Positions 33,270 through 43,164 of a stretch of DNA of 64,000 bases are shown here, piece by piece (the stretch's first letter is position 1; each line of letters opens with the position of its first letter). The translations under genes were made by a program, and so were the position numbers. Origin of the DNA: an uncultured Planctomycetota bacterium (GTDB lineage Bacteria; Planctomycetota; Planctomycetia; Isosphaerales; Isosphaeraceae); contig CAWJTV010000038.1 in the NCBI GenBank assembly GCA_963845755.1, positions 96,001 to 160,000 on the forward strand, in the 5' to 3' direction. A model generated the notes under the pieces. It saw nothing but the letters and a program-made list of their open reading frames with translations, had not been told where the DNA came from and did not search any database.

Positions 33270-34541
33270 TCACGGCGACTTGGGGCCGATCCGGAACGGA
33301 CGGACGACGGTCTCGGTGGTGACGCGCCGAGAGATCGGGGTGACCGCATCGACCTCGAACGGCCGGGCGACACTGTTTCCCGAGGAGTCTTCGAGCTCGG
33401 TCCCGATCACCAGCCGGTAGTCGCCCGCCCGCCACGGATGCGGTGGCGTGAATCGCCATCGGGTCTCCTCGGCGGTCACGGAGATCTGGCCGGCGACAGC
33501 GTTTCCCGCGGCTTCCTGGACGATGACCAGGCGATCGAGCATCGCCCGGTCCAGCGGCTCGGGGAATCGGACTTCCAGCGGGTCGCGCGACTCGGCCGCG
33601 GGTGGCCGGATGTCCCAGTTCCTGGGGTCGGGCGAGGTCTCGTCCGCCGGGGCGGTCCGGAACGCCTTGCGGACCGGGCCGGCGAGCGGATTCCCCTCCG
33701 CGTCGGGCCAGCCGCCGTCGATGACCAACTGGTAGGACTTGCCCGCCTCCAGGATCGGCCCGACCTCCTCGCGGGGTTTCAGCCCGCGCTTGACCCGGCC
33801 CGGGTCGAATAGGAGCGTGAACCGCTTCCCATCCCGGGACCAGAGCTCCTCGTCCAGTTCCAGGAACGGGTCATCCACCGGCTTGCCCGTCGCATCGAGC
33901 AAACGGATCCGGCGGTAGGCTTCTCCCCGACTCATCGGGGCGGAGAAATGGATGTAGAGCCGGAGCAGGTTTTCCGGCAACATCGCTCGTGACGGATAGA
34001 TGTGAGTCACCGTCGCCGGGGGATGCGGGCGCGCTTCGGTGGGGAGAAATCGGCCGTAAGCCTGATCTGCAACCGGCTGGGCCGGATCCACCTGTCGCTT
34101 CGCGATCTCATCCAGATGGATCAGGTTGACCTCGGCCCGGTAACGAAGGCCCGGCTCCAGGGGAAATCGGGGCACAAATCGGATGACATGGTCGTCCACC
34201 TGGTAAGAGCCCAGCAGGGGCGGCGGGTCGGTCGCTCCGGATGGGGGTTCGGCGATCACGCGGACCGTCAAGAACGACGTGCCGCGCTCGCGCGCGATCC
34301 CGGTCTTGCTCAGTGCGGCCAGGGCGTCGCGATCGACACCCCGCAACTCGACCACGGCATCCGTTCCGTCGGTCTTTCGGAGGATCCACCGTAACTGCGG
34401 TACATCCGGCGAGGGAGAGTCCGCGGTATGCACCGTGGGGATGTCGGCTGGAGGGGAAGCGGACGGTGCGGGGGCGCTCCCCTCCAAGAGGGGAAACGCC
34501 CCCAAGATCAGCAACAGCAAGAAAACGGACCGGTCGGTCAC
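33270..34541 (-). CDS. Secreted hypothetical protein with Ig-like (Big_5-like) modules
   Basis: Signal peptide; FVPRFPLEPGLRY, PENLLRLYIHFSAPM, FTLLFDPGRVKRGL, FPEPLD; GTG start overlaps the upstream stop (GTGA). Confidence 0.8.
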   Translation of the reverse strand: MTDRSVFLLLLILGAFPLLEGSAPAPSASPPADIPTVHTADSPSPDVPQLRWILRKTDGTDAVVELRGVDRDALAALSKTGIARERGTSFLTVRVIAEPPSGATDPPPLLGSYQVDDHVIRFVPRFPLEPGLRYRAEVNLIHLDEIAKRQVDPAQPVADQAYGRFLPTEARPHPPATVTHIYPSRAMLPENLLRLYIHFSAPMSRGEAYRRIRLLDATGKPVDDPFLELDEELWSRDGKRFTLLFDPGRVKRGLKPREEVGPILEAGKSYQLVIDGGWPDAEGNPLAGPVRKAFRTAPADETSPDPRNWDIRPPAAESRDPLEVRFPEPLDRAMLDRLVIVQEAAGNAVAGQISVTAEETRWRFTPPHPWRAGDYRLVIGTELEDSSGNSVARPFEVDAVTPISRRVTTETVVRPFRIGPKSP

Positions 34542-35650
34542 GGCAGGTCAATCGTCTCGAGGTTCAGACCGTTCGCGTCCTGGACCAGAATGACGGCGTG
34601 GCTGTTGTCGAGCTGGTCTAACTGGACGACGCCCTTGAGGCTGGCAATCGTGTCATATCCCAGCCCCTTGGTGCCACCACCCCGCACGGGCTGGGTGATG
34701 CTCTCGGCCGTTCCGGCTCCCTCGGTGGTAATCTTCATCACGCCCCGGCTGCTGTTGGCCATCAGCAGATAATCCTTGCCGTCCTTCTGATAGACGATCA
34801 TGTCCAGCGGCCGGTTGCGGTTTCCCAGCTCGGCGATGGTCGTCCCCTTGACATGGGCGCCGGCCTTCAGCTCGGCGACGGGCATCTTGACCAGCGGGGT
34901 GCATTGATAGGCGGCCAGCAGATACGGCTCGTTCTGGATCTTGTAGGCCACGAACGTCCGGACCGGCGACTTGGTCTCGAACTGCCCATGTGCACCATGG
35001 TAGATCTCGATGGCCGCGCCATCGAAGCCCTCGGTGCTGAAGGGGAACGGGATGGCGATCAGCCGCGAGGAGAACTCCTCGTTCGACAGGCCCGCCAGGA
35101 AAACGCGGCCGTCCACGTAGGCCAGGTCGGTGATCGACGCAGTCCGGGGATCCTCCCGTGCCCCAGAACGGGGGGCCGGCGCGTTGGGGACCTCGGCCTT
35201 GGCGAACCGAACGTTCTCCAGCGCCAGTTCTTCGAGCTTGCCATCGCCGTGAATCCGGAAGATGACCGGGATCGCGTCGGGCCCGCGGCCGCGCGAGACC
35301 GAGACATACACGTTGCCCGACAAAGGATTAACGGCCATATCGTTGACCTGCACCTGGCGGGCATCGGTCCCGAGCATGCCGGCGATCTTGCCGGCCAGGT
35401 CCTTGACCGCGACTGGACGCTTCTCCGTCGCCGTCGCCCGGTCGCCGGTGTCGATGGCGAACAGCGCGGCGCCCTTGGTGTCGCCCACGAACAGGATGCC
35501 TTCCGGCCCGAACGTCAACGGGCCCGCCGACTTGATGTCGGGCTTCCCTTGCTTGAGACTCGCCGTGGGCTCCGCCGCCACCGCCATTGCTGCGGTCAAC
35601 GCGATCCCCGCCAGCGCCAAGACCGCTCCGCGAATTCCCATCCTCGACAT
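34538..35650 (-). CDS. Secreted hypothetical beta-propeller-like protein
   Basis: AAGGAGA RBS, signal peptide, blade-like motifs (LTFGPEGILFVGD, DMAVNPLSGNVYV, DLAYVDGRVFL, PLDMIVY). Confidence 0.85.
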   Translation of the reverse strand: MSRMGIRGAVLALAGIALTAAMAVAAEPTASLKQGKPDIKSAGPLTFGPEGILFVGDTKGAALFAIDTGDRATATEKRPVAVKDLAGKIAGMLGTDARQVQVNDMAVNPLSGNVYVSVSRGRGPDAIPVIFRIHGDGKLEELALENVRFAKAEVPNAPAPRSGAREDPRTASITDLAYVDGRVFLAGLSNEEFSSRLIAIPFPFSTEGFDGAAIEIYHGAHGQFETKSPVRTFVAYKIQNEPYLLAAYQCTPLVKMPVAELKAGAHVKGTTIAELGNRNRPLDMIVYQKDGKDYLLMANSSRGVMKITTEGAGTAESITQPVRGGGTKGLGYDTIASLKGVVQLDQLDNSHAVILVQDANGLNLETIDLP

Positions 35651-35879
35651 CGCTGGTTCTCCTTCGTTGTTGAACCGGTCGATTCCGAATTGATGCCACA
35701 CGCGTTCCGCCAAACTTCGCATTATCCTCGCACCGTCTCCGAAATCAACCGGGGTCCGGCGGGAAACTGAAGAGTCTATCAAAATTCGCGTGTGTTTTCC
35801 GTCGAAACTGTCGCCTACTTTTAATAGGATGATCTCATGGCGCACCGCGGAGACCTTGGGACATCGAGGGGGTGGGCTC

Positions 35880-38122
35880 ATGATCGGCGGGATGATGGTC
35901 TGTGTGGCGCTGGTGGGTGCATGCTTCGGCGACGAACCAACGCCTGTGGCCGGCGATCGGGCCATCGACCGCTCGACCTACGGGGCGGCCAAGAAAGAAG
36001 CGGGTCGCGACGCCAAGGCGCACGTCCGGCTGGCCCTCTGGTGCGAATCGCACGGCCTGCGGCTCGGAGCGGATGAAGCACCTGGCGATGGCCGTGCTCT
36101 ACGATCCCTCCAATGCCCTGGCGCGCGGGCTGATGGGCCTGGTCGACCTATCAAGGGAAATGGGAGCGGCCCGACGAGGTCAGCCGGCAAGTGCAGGACG
36201 ACCCCAAACGCAAAGCCCTGATGCAAGAATACCTCCAGCGCCGGGCCAAGACCTCCGACAGGGCCGACGATCAGTGGAAGCTGGCCCTCTGGTGCGAGCA
36301 GAACGAGCCTGAAGGATCAGGCGATCGCGCAGTATCACGCCGTCCTGCGTCGGGATCCGACCCGCGAAGCGGCCTGGAAGCGGCTCGGGTTCAAGAAGAT
36401 CCGGCGGCCACTGGACCAAGCCGGAATGGCTGGCGGCGCAGAAACAGGAACTCGAGCAGCAAAGCCGGGCCAACAAGCACTGGATGCCCCTGCTGGAGAA
36501 ATGGCATTCGCGGCGCTCTCGAGTCGTGACACAAGCGCGACGCGACTCAAGCGGAAGAGGGGAATGGCGCAGGTGTCCGATCCCCGGGCGGTGCCGGTGA
36601 TCTGGGCGGTGTTCGTGCCCAAGGGTGCGGAGGGTCAGGAGGTGGCCGTGCGGCTGCTGGGCCAGATCGATGCACCGGGCTCGTCGCGGGCACTGCCTGC
36701 TCCTGGCCTTGAGGAGTCGCAGCGCCGAAGCTCGCCGAGAGGCCGTCCAGATCCTGCGTCACCGTCGACCCGCGGGACTTCGCCCCGCTCTTGATCGCGA
36801 TGATCCGCGACCCGATCAAGTACCAGGTCAAGCCGGTCAGCAGGGGCCGGGTCCCAAGACTGGCGAGCTTGTGATCAACGAATAGGGATGCAACATCGAA
36901 GCGTCTGTACACGCCGCTGGCTCCGAGCCGAATCCCGTCCTGGCCAATGGTGACTCGACCATCATGGCGCCGCGGGTTTGCCCGTCATCATGCTCCCACG
37001 TGGGCCAGTCCGAAACGGGTTTCGATGCCGTGTCTCGTCCGTTGCTGTGGCCACCACGCCGATTCGGCTATGAACCCGGTCTCGCCCGCTCAGGTGACCA
37101 TATCATGGCCCAGGCAGGAATTCCCCTTCTGAGTCGAGGCCCAGAAGTTCGGCCGCCATCATCCGCCCAGGACGTCAATTCTCCTTTGAGTCCAGGACCT
37201 GGGAGGCCCATGCCAATACTCGAGTCCGCGCGGCGGGTGCTTGTATCGACCAGTATCTGGCGATTCCTGTCGGGCGGATGATGCTCGAACTCCCAGCGAT
37301 CGGCCCAGGTGGCGCGCAGCAGCTCGCCGGTGATGTTCAAGGCCGATCGAGGCCTACAACGCTCCGTCCAGCAAGCGAATCGGCTGGTCAGGCAGGTCCT
37401 CGCCGAGGAACGGTGGGCACCGACATGGGGGACGACCAGTTCAGCGTGGACAGAAATGGATGGTCGATCTCTTCGGCTATCGCCTTAGCCGCTCCGCCAG
37501 AAAGCTCGACCGACGAGCCACCACGGTCATCGAGCAGGTGCCCTCTGGCTTATCAGCCCCAGGCCCGCGATGCCGGTGATTGCCAGCCGGTCGCCGAGGT
37601 CCAGACGATCCGCTACCATTCTTGCTTTGCCGCGGGGACGCTCGTTCAGACGATCGAGGGCCACGCCCAATCGAGGGCCTCCTCGCCGGTGACGACGTCC
37701 TGACGCAGGACCCCAGGACCGGCGAGCTGAGATACCAGTCCCTGGTCGCGGTCTACCACAATCCGCCCAATGCGACGTTCCGCGTCGATCTGGCGGACGT
37801 CGATGAGCCGATCGTCGCGACCGGCATCCACCGGCTCTGGAAAGCGGGCAAGGGTTGGGCCATGGTCCGCGACCTCAAGCCGGGCGATGTGCTGCGGACC
37901 CTGGGAGGGACCGTCGCGGTGAAGTCGGTCAAGGAGGAGCGCGTTCAGCCGGTGTTCAACCTGCGGGTGGCCGACGGCGAGAGCTTCTTCGTGGGCCGGA
38001 CGGGTATACTGGCACACGACAACAGCACGATCAACCCCACGCCCGAGCCGTTCGACGCCGTCGAGGCCCTGCCGGAGCTGGAGACTCGGCCGGCCGCGAA
38101 ACGATCCATACTCGGCCGCTGA
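35880..38122 (+). pseudogene. Secreted TPR/HEAT-like protein with C-terminal HINT (PT-HINT/BIL-like) domain, paralogue 1; many frameshifts (pseudogene or poor consensus)
   Basis: Fragments match paralogue 2 (AHVRLALWCE, MKHLAMAVLYDPSNALARGLMGLV, DPRAVPVIW); HINT from SCFAAGTLV (Cys at 37623) through VATGIHRLW and VFNLRV to LAHDNS. Confidence 0.85.
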
Positions 38123-38156
38123 ACGACCGATCGATCCTGATCGAGGAGTCGGAATC

Positions 38157-40194
38157 ATGCTCTCGATAATCCTGGTGAGTCTCAGCCTGATCGCTGCCGG
38201 GGACGACGGCCGATCGTCAACTCCGGAGGACCACTCGGCCTACGAGGCGGCGAAAACCCAGGCGGGGCACGATGCCAAGGCGCACGTCCGTCTGGCCCTG
38301 TGGTGCGAGGCGCACGGGATGTCCGCCGAACGGATGAAGCACCTGGCGATGGCCGTGCTGTACGATCCCTCCAACGCCCTGGCCCGCGGGCTGATGGGCC
38401 TGGTCGCCTACCAGGGGAAGTGGGAGCGTCCGGAGGCGATCCAGCAGGAGATCCAGGATGATCCAACACGCCATAATTTGATCCGTGAATACCTGGAACG
38501 GCGGGCTCTCGCGCCGCGCAAGCCGGATGCCCAGGCCCGGCTGGCCACCTGGTGCGAGCAGAAGGGACTCAAGGAGCAGGCGATCGCGCACTTCACGGAG
38601 GCGGTGCGGCTGGACCCGTCGCGGGAGGCCACCTGGCGGCATCTCGGATACAAGAAGCAGGGGAGTCGCTGGATCAAGGCGGACGAACTGGCCGCCGATC
38701 GGCTGGCCGCCGATCGGCAGCGGCATGCGGATAAGCAATGGGAGCCGAAACTGAAACGGCTGCGCGAATCCCTGGAATCCAAGGACCCGGCGCGCGGGCC
38801 AAGGCAGAAGCGGAGGTCGCCGAGCTGACCGATCCCCGCGCCGTGCCGATGATCTGGGTCGTTTTCGTCCGCGGTCACGAGCGATCGCAGCGCGCCGCCG
38901 TGCAGATGCTCGGCCAGATCGACGGGCCGGCGGCGTCCAACGCCCTGGCCGCACTCGCCGTCTTCAGCCCTTCGGCCGAAGTCCGGGGGCGAGCGATCGA
39001 GACCCTGGCCCGTCGCGATCCCCGCGACGTCATCGGCCGATTGATCCAGCTCGTCCGCAAGCGCTTCAAGTACGAGGTCCGTCGCCCGGGGGGCCCGGGT
39101 ACGCGGGGCGAGCTGTTCGTCGAGGGCGAACGATACAACGTCGATCGCGTCTACCTGAACCCGGCGATCAACCCCGCGTCGATCCCACCCCGCCTGTTCG
39201 CGCCGTCGGTCCCATTCGATCCGTACAGGCGCAGAACCAGATCCTGGTCTCAACGGTCCTGGGAGGCATGACGTTCACGACATCTCGATCGGGGCCGAAT
39301 GTCGCGCAGGTCGGGCAGGCGCTGGCGGCCAATCCGCGGAATGCCCAGGAAATCCTCAAGAACGCCGCGAATGCGCCGCCGGCCGCGGCCTTCAATCCCG
39401 CCTCCAACCTGGTCTATGACACCCTGGCGGCCGCCGCATACCGCGATATGCAGATCGCTTCGAAGTACCAGGAGATCGCGCAGGAAAGCCGGAACTTGCA
39501 GCAGAAGGTCGCCCAGGACGTCCAGACGGTCGAGACGATCAACACCCAGATCGGCGAGCTCAACGGCCGGGTCCTTCCCGTGCTCAAACTGCTCACCGGC
39601 CAGGACCTGGGCGCGGAGCCCGAGAAATGGAAGGCCTGGTGGACCGACCAGCTCGGCTACGTCTATCAGTCGAACATCCCCGAGACCAAGCCGACGCTCA
39701 CCGACATCGTGGCCCCGTTCACGATCGGCACGAGCCACACGGCGTGCTTCGCGGCCGGCACGCTGGTCTCCACCCTGGACGGCCCGCGGGCGATCGAGTC
39801 GATCCAGGTCGGCGACCGCGTCCTGTCGCAGGATCCCACGAGCGGCTCGCTGACGTTTCAGCCGGTGATCGCCCTGCATCACAACCGACCCTCGGCGACG
39901 CTCCGGCTCTCGTTCGACGGCGAGACGATCGTCGCGACCGGCATCCATCGCTTCTGGAAGGCCGGCAAGGGTTGGATCATGGCCCGCGACCTCAAGACGG
40001 GAGATGAGATCCGCGCGATCGGTGGCATCGCCCGCGTGCAGTCGACGGAGACCGATACCACCCGGCCGGTCTATAACCTCGACGTGGCCGAGAACCGGGA
40101 TTTCTTCGTCGGGACCAAAGGTTTCCTGGTCCACGACTTCAGCTTCGTACAGCCAGTCCTGGCGCCGTTCGACCGCGCGTCCCCTGGGCGTTAG
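38157..40194 (+). CDS. Secreted TPR/HEAT-like protein with C-terminal HINT domain, paralogue 2; frameshifted near 38795 and 39230
   Basis: GAGGAG RBS, signal peptide, helical repeats, ACFAAGTLV (Cys at 39745), VATGIHRFW, VYNLDV, FLVHDFS. Confidence 0.9.
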
Positions 40195-40216
40195 TGTCTT
40201 TCGCCGTACGATGTCC

Positions 40217-40343
40217 GCGCCGTGCGCGCATCGGCCGAATTCCCAATTCGAGATTCGAGATTCCGGAATCGTCCTCATCCGGAATCTCGAATCCGGAATC
40301 TCGAATCGGCAAGCCCAATTGGGTTGCGGCCGAAGGCCGCGTT
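40217..40343 (-). repeat. Composite palindromic repeat, copy B
   Basis: Inverted homologue of 25035-25153, lying between the convergent HINT gene and hflX. Confidence 0.85.
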
Positions 40344-40376
40344 AGGAGGACGGATTCGCGATGCGGCTGCGGCGCG

Positions 40377-41741
40377 TCAGGACGCGTAGAGACGTTGTCC
40401 GTTGGACCGGACATTGACTCCGTGCTCGAAGAGGAACTCCAGGCAACGTCGCGGCAGATGGCAGTGCAAGCGGACGCGGTTGTCGTCGTAAGTCCGGTCA
40501 TGGATCTGCGCGTGCTGGGCCAGGTAGGCCAGGACGCGGCCATTGTCGACGCCGGTCTCGACCTCGGCCTCGAGGGCGCGATCGCTGAGGGCCTCGCGGA
40601 CGGCGGCTTCGAGGCGGTCGAGTCCGTCGTGCTGTGCAGCGCTGATGGACACGGATTCGGCGTGGTGGGCCTTGAGCACGTCGAGGTACGAGCGGTCGGG
40701 GACCTTGTCGGACTTGTTGAGCACTAGCAGTGTGGGATGGTTGTCGAGGCCGAGCTCGGCCAGGACCGACTTGACCGCGCGGATCTGATTCTCGGCCTCC
40801 GGGCTGGAGGCGTCGACGACGTGGAGGAGGAGGTCGGCCTGGCGGGCCTCCTCGAGCGTGGCCTTGAACGAGGCGACGAGGGTGTGGGGCAGGTCGCGGA
40901 TGAACCCGACCGTGTCGGACAGCAGGGCCTGGCCGCCGCCGCGGAACCGCCAGCGGCGGGTGCGGGTGTCGAGCGTCGCGAATAGCTTGTCCTCGACCAG
41001 GACGCCGGCCTCGGTCAGCGCGTTCATCAGCGTGCTCTTGCCGGCGTTGGTGTAGCCGACCAGCGAGAGGGTCGGCACGTCGCTACGACTGGCGACCTCC
41101 CTCTCCTTCCGCGCCTGGATCTTGGCGAGTTTCGCCTTCAACTCCTGGATGCGGTGCGCGACCAGCCGGCGGTCCTCTTCGAGCTGTTTCTCGCCCGGGC
41201 CGCGGACGCCGATGCCGCCCTTGTATCGCGAGAGGTGGGTCCACATCCGCTTCAGTCGAGGCATGGCGTATTCCAGTTGCGCCAGCTCCACCTGGAGATG
41301 GGCCTCGTGCGTCCGCGCATGGGTCGCGAAGATGTCGAGGATCACCTCGGTGCGATCGACGACCTTGACCTCGAGGTGCCGCTCGAGGTTGCGAGTCTGG
41401 GCCGGCCCCAGGTCATTGTCGAAGACGACCACGTCCGCCTCCTGGGCCTCGACGATCGCCTTGAGCTCTTCGACCTTGCCCGAACCGATGTACGTCGCGA
41501 TGTCGACCTGTTGCCGCTTCTGCAACAGGTTGCCCACGACCTGAAGGCCCGCTGTCTTGGCCAATCCCCGGAGCTCGTCCAGGGGATCATCCGGCGTCGT
41601 GTCGCTGTGGGGTAGGAGAACCCCGACCAGAATGGCACGCTCTCGACGCCCGATACGTTCGATGCGGTTGGTTTCGATCAAGGCGGGATTTGACCTCGTT
41701 TCCTCGAGTGGATCGAAATAGACCTGCACGCCGTTCGTCAC
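40377..41741 (-). CDS. hflX: GTPase HflX (true start may be TTG at 41681)
   Basis: GSGKVEE, QVELAQLEY, GPGEKQLEEDRR, VGYTNAGKSTL, LFATLD, DTVGFI, NKSD. Confidence 0.97.
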   Translation of the reverse strand: MTNGVQVYFDPLEETRSNPALIETNRIERIGRRERAILVGVLLPHSDTTPDDPLDELRGLAKTAGLQVVGNLLQKRQQVDIATYIGSGKVEELKAIVEAQEADVVVFDNDLGPAQTRNLERHLEVKVVDRTEVILDIFATHARTHEAHLQVELAQLEYAMPRLKRMWTHLSRYKGGIGVRGPGEKQLEEDRRLVAHRIQELKAKLAKIQARKEREVASRSDVPTLSLVGYTNAGKSTLMNALTEAGVLVEDKLFATLDTRTRRWRFRGGGQALLSDTVGFIRDLPHTLVASFKATLEEARQADLLLHVVDASSPEAENQIRAVKSVLAELGLDNHPTLLVLNKSDKVPDRSYLDVLKAHHAESVSISAAQHDGLDRLEAAVREALSDRALEAEVETGVDNGRVLAYLAQHAQIHDRTYDDNRVRLHCHLPRRCLEFLFEHGVNVRSNGQRLYAS

Positions 41742-41885
41742 GCTCGAATTGTAGAGTCTGGGTATTCAAGCGTCAACGAGGAATTCGAACCGCGGCGGGC
41801 CGGCGGGCCGTTGCCGGTCGCAATGTTGCTCTCAATCGACACGGTCATGGCCGCGGAGGTTCAGCCTCGGGCCAGGGATCGCCAT

Positions 41886-42518
41886 TCAGAACCGGTAAAT
41901 CCAGGGGATTACCCCCGTGAGGACGATCGCGGCGTAGCCGAGCGATCGCCCAATTGGGTCGATCCACCCTGGCTCGCGTTGCCATCGCCGGCTCAGGACC
42001 AGGGTGACCCAGACTATCGCCACGGTGCCACCGATCCCGGTGGGAACGCGGAGATACCCATGGCTCTTGAAGAAGAGAAAGTAGTCCAGGTATCCACTGA
42101 CCCCGACCCAGCCGAAGACGATCGCCAGTCCGGCCATCGTGCCGGGCTGCCGGAGCAGCTCGCGCAGGACAGGCCGAGGTCGTCTCAATCGAAGGACAAA
42201 AAAGGTGGGCGTAAAACCAAGCAATGAGAGTTGAACGAGCCGGCAGGAAAACCACAAGGTGTGAATCAGAGGAAAGCGAATGTTCGCGAAGAAAACTGGC
42301 AAGTGTTCAAACAAGTCCGAACGGTGAGCCGCGGCATTTCCACACAGCCGCGGGAGCCATTCGATCAGATGCACGATTGGATCAGAAAAGAACAACCGTC
42401 CGCTTGCCAGAGCGAGTGCCGACCCTGCGACCAGGATCATCCCATCGGCCAGTGTGAACTTCCGGCAGCGATTCGACTCCTCCCCTCGGTCGAAGACGGC
42501 GATGGTCCCGCATGCCAT
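41886..42518 (-). CDS. Hypothetical integral membrane protein
   Basis: KFTLADGMILVA start; several TM segments; RLRRPRP..LLRQPG and W..EPGWID motifs; GGAGGGAG RBS. Confidence 0.7.
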   Translation of the reverse strand: MACGTIAVFDRGEESNRCRKFTLADGMILVAGSALALASGRLFFSDPIVHLIEWLPRLCGNAAAHRSDLFEHLPVFFANIRFPLIHTLWFSCRLVQLSLLGFTPTFFVLRLRRPRPVLRELLRQPGTMAGLAIVFGWVGVSGYLDYFLFFKSHGYLRVPTGIGGTVAIVWVTLVLSRRWQREPGWIDPIGRSLGYAAIVLTGVIPWIYRF

Positions 42519-42802
42519 GGGCTTCTCCCTCCGGCTTGGGAGCCTTGGCGGCCTCGTACTTCAGACGACTGTAACACGTTAAGTTTTGGCTACGGAAGGT
42601 TCGGGGCCGGCGAGACGAGAGTTTCTCCCGTCGCGATCGCTCATCCATATACCTGGACTGCGGCACGCTGGCCAGTCTCCGCTCGACGTCCAAGCCCGAC
42701 AGCGCCCGCCTGTGAGCGGGTCGGCTCGCAACGATCCAGCAATCGAATCTCGGCTGGGAAGCTGCATGTTCGTGGTGAGATCAGGCTCAGTCTTGACCAG
42801 AA

Positions 42803-42833
42803 AGTTGACTTCAAAGTCAGCTCTGGTTATCGT
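42803..42833 (+). promoter_or_regulatory. Sigma70 promoter with palindromic operator upstream of the TA pair
   Basis: TTGACT (42805)-N17-TATCGT (42828); palindrome AGTTGACTT-CA-AAGTCAGCT overlaps the -35. Confidence 0.7.
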
Positions 42834-42870
42834 CGAAGTCAACAGGGCGGGGAGTCGGTAGATCAGCGGG

Positions 42871-43161
42871 ATGCGACCTGACCACGTGGATTGGGACGAG
42901 CCGGACGACTCCCAGGGGAATGTCTGGCAGATCGCCGCGGCGGACCTGTCCCGGCAGGAGGTGGAGGATGTGCTGGACAATCCCGACGCTGACGCCGTCC
43001 CGAGCGAAGGGGCGGCCGAGGGTACCGAGCGCTGGATCGTCTTCGGCCCGACGTCTACCGGCAAGCACATCGCCGTGGTCTTCGAGATCCTCTGCGACGA
43101 CCCCTACTCTGTCCGGCCCATCACTGCTTACGAGACTCCGGAATACGGGGAGGGGGACTGA
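42871..43161 (+). CDS. BrnT/DUF497-like putative toxin
   Basis: WD.....GN......LS..EVEDVL, RWIVFG.T..G..IAVVFE, VRPITAY. Confidence 0.75.
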   Translation: MRPDHVDWDEPDDSQGNVWQIAAADLSRQEVEDVLDNPDADAVPSEGAAEGTERWIVFGPTSTGKHIAVVFEILCDDPYSVRPITAYETPEYGEGD

Positions 43162-43164
43162 GGC

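Noticed and set aside
35880..40194. HINT proteins as polymorphic toxins or true inteins
   Set aside because: Only short tails follow the HINT, there is no toxin domain or immunity gene, no His-Asn end, and no interrupted host protein
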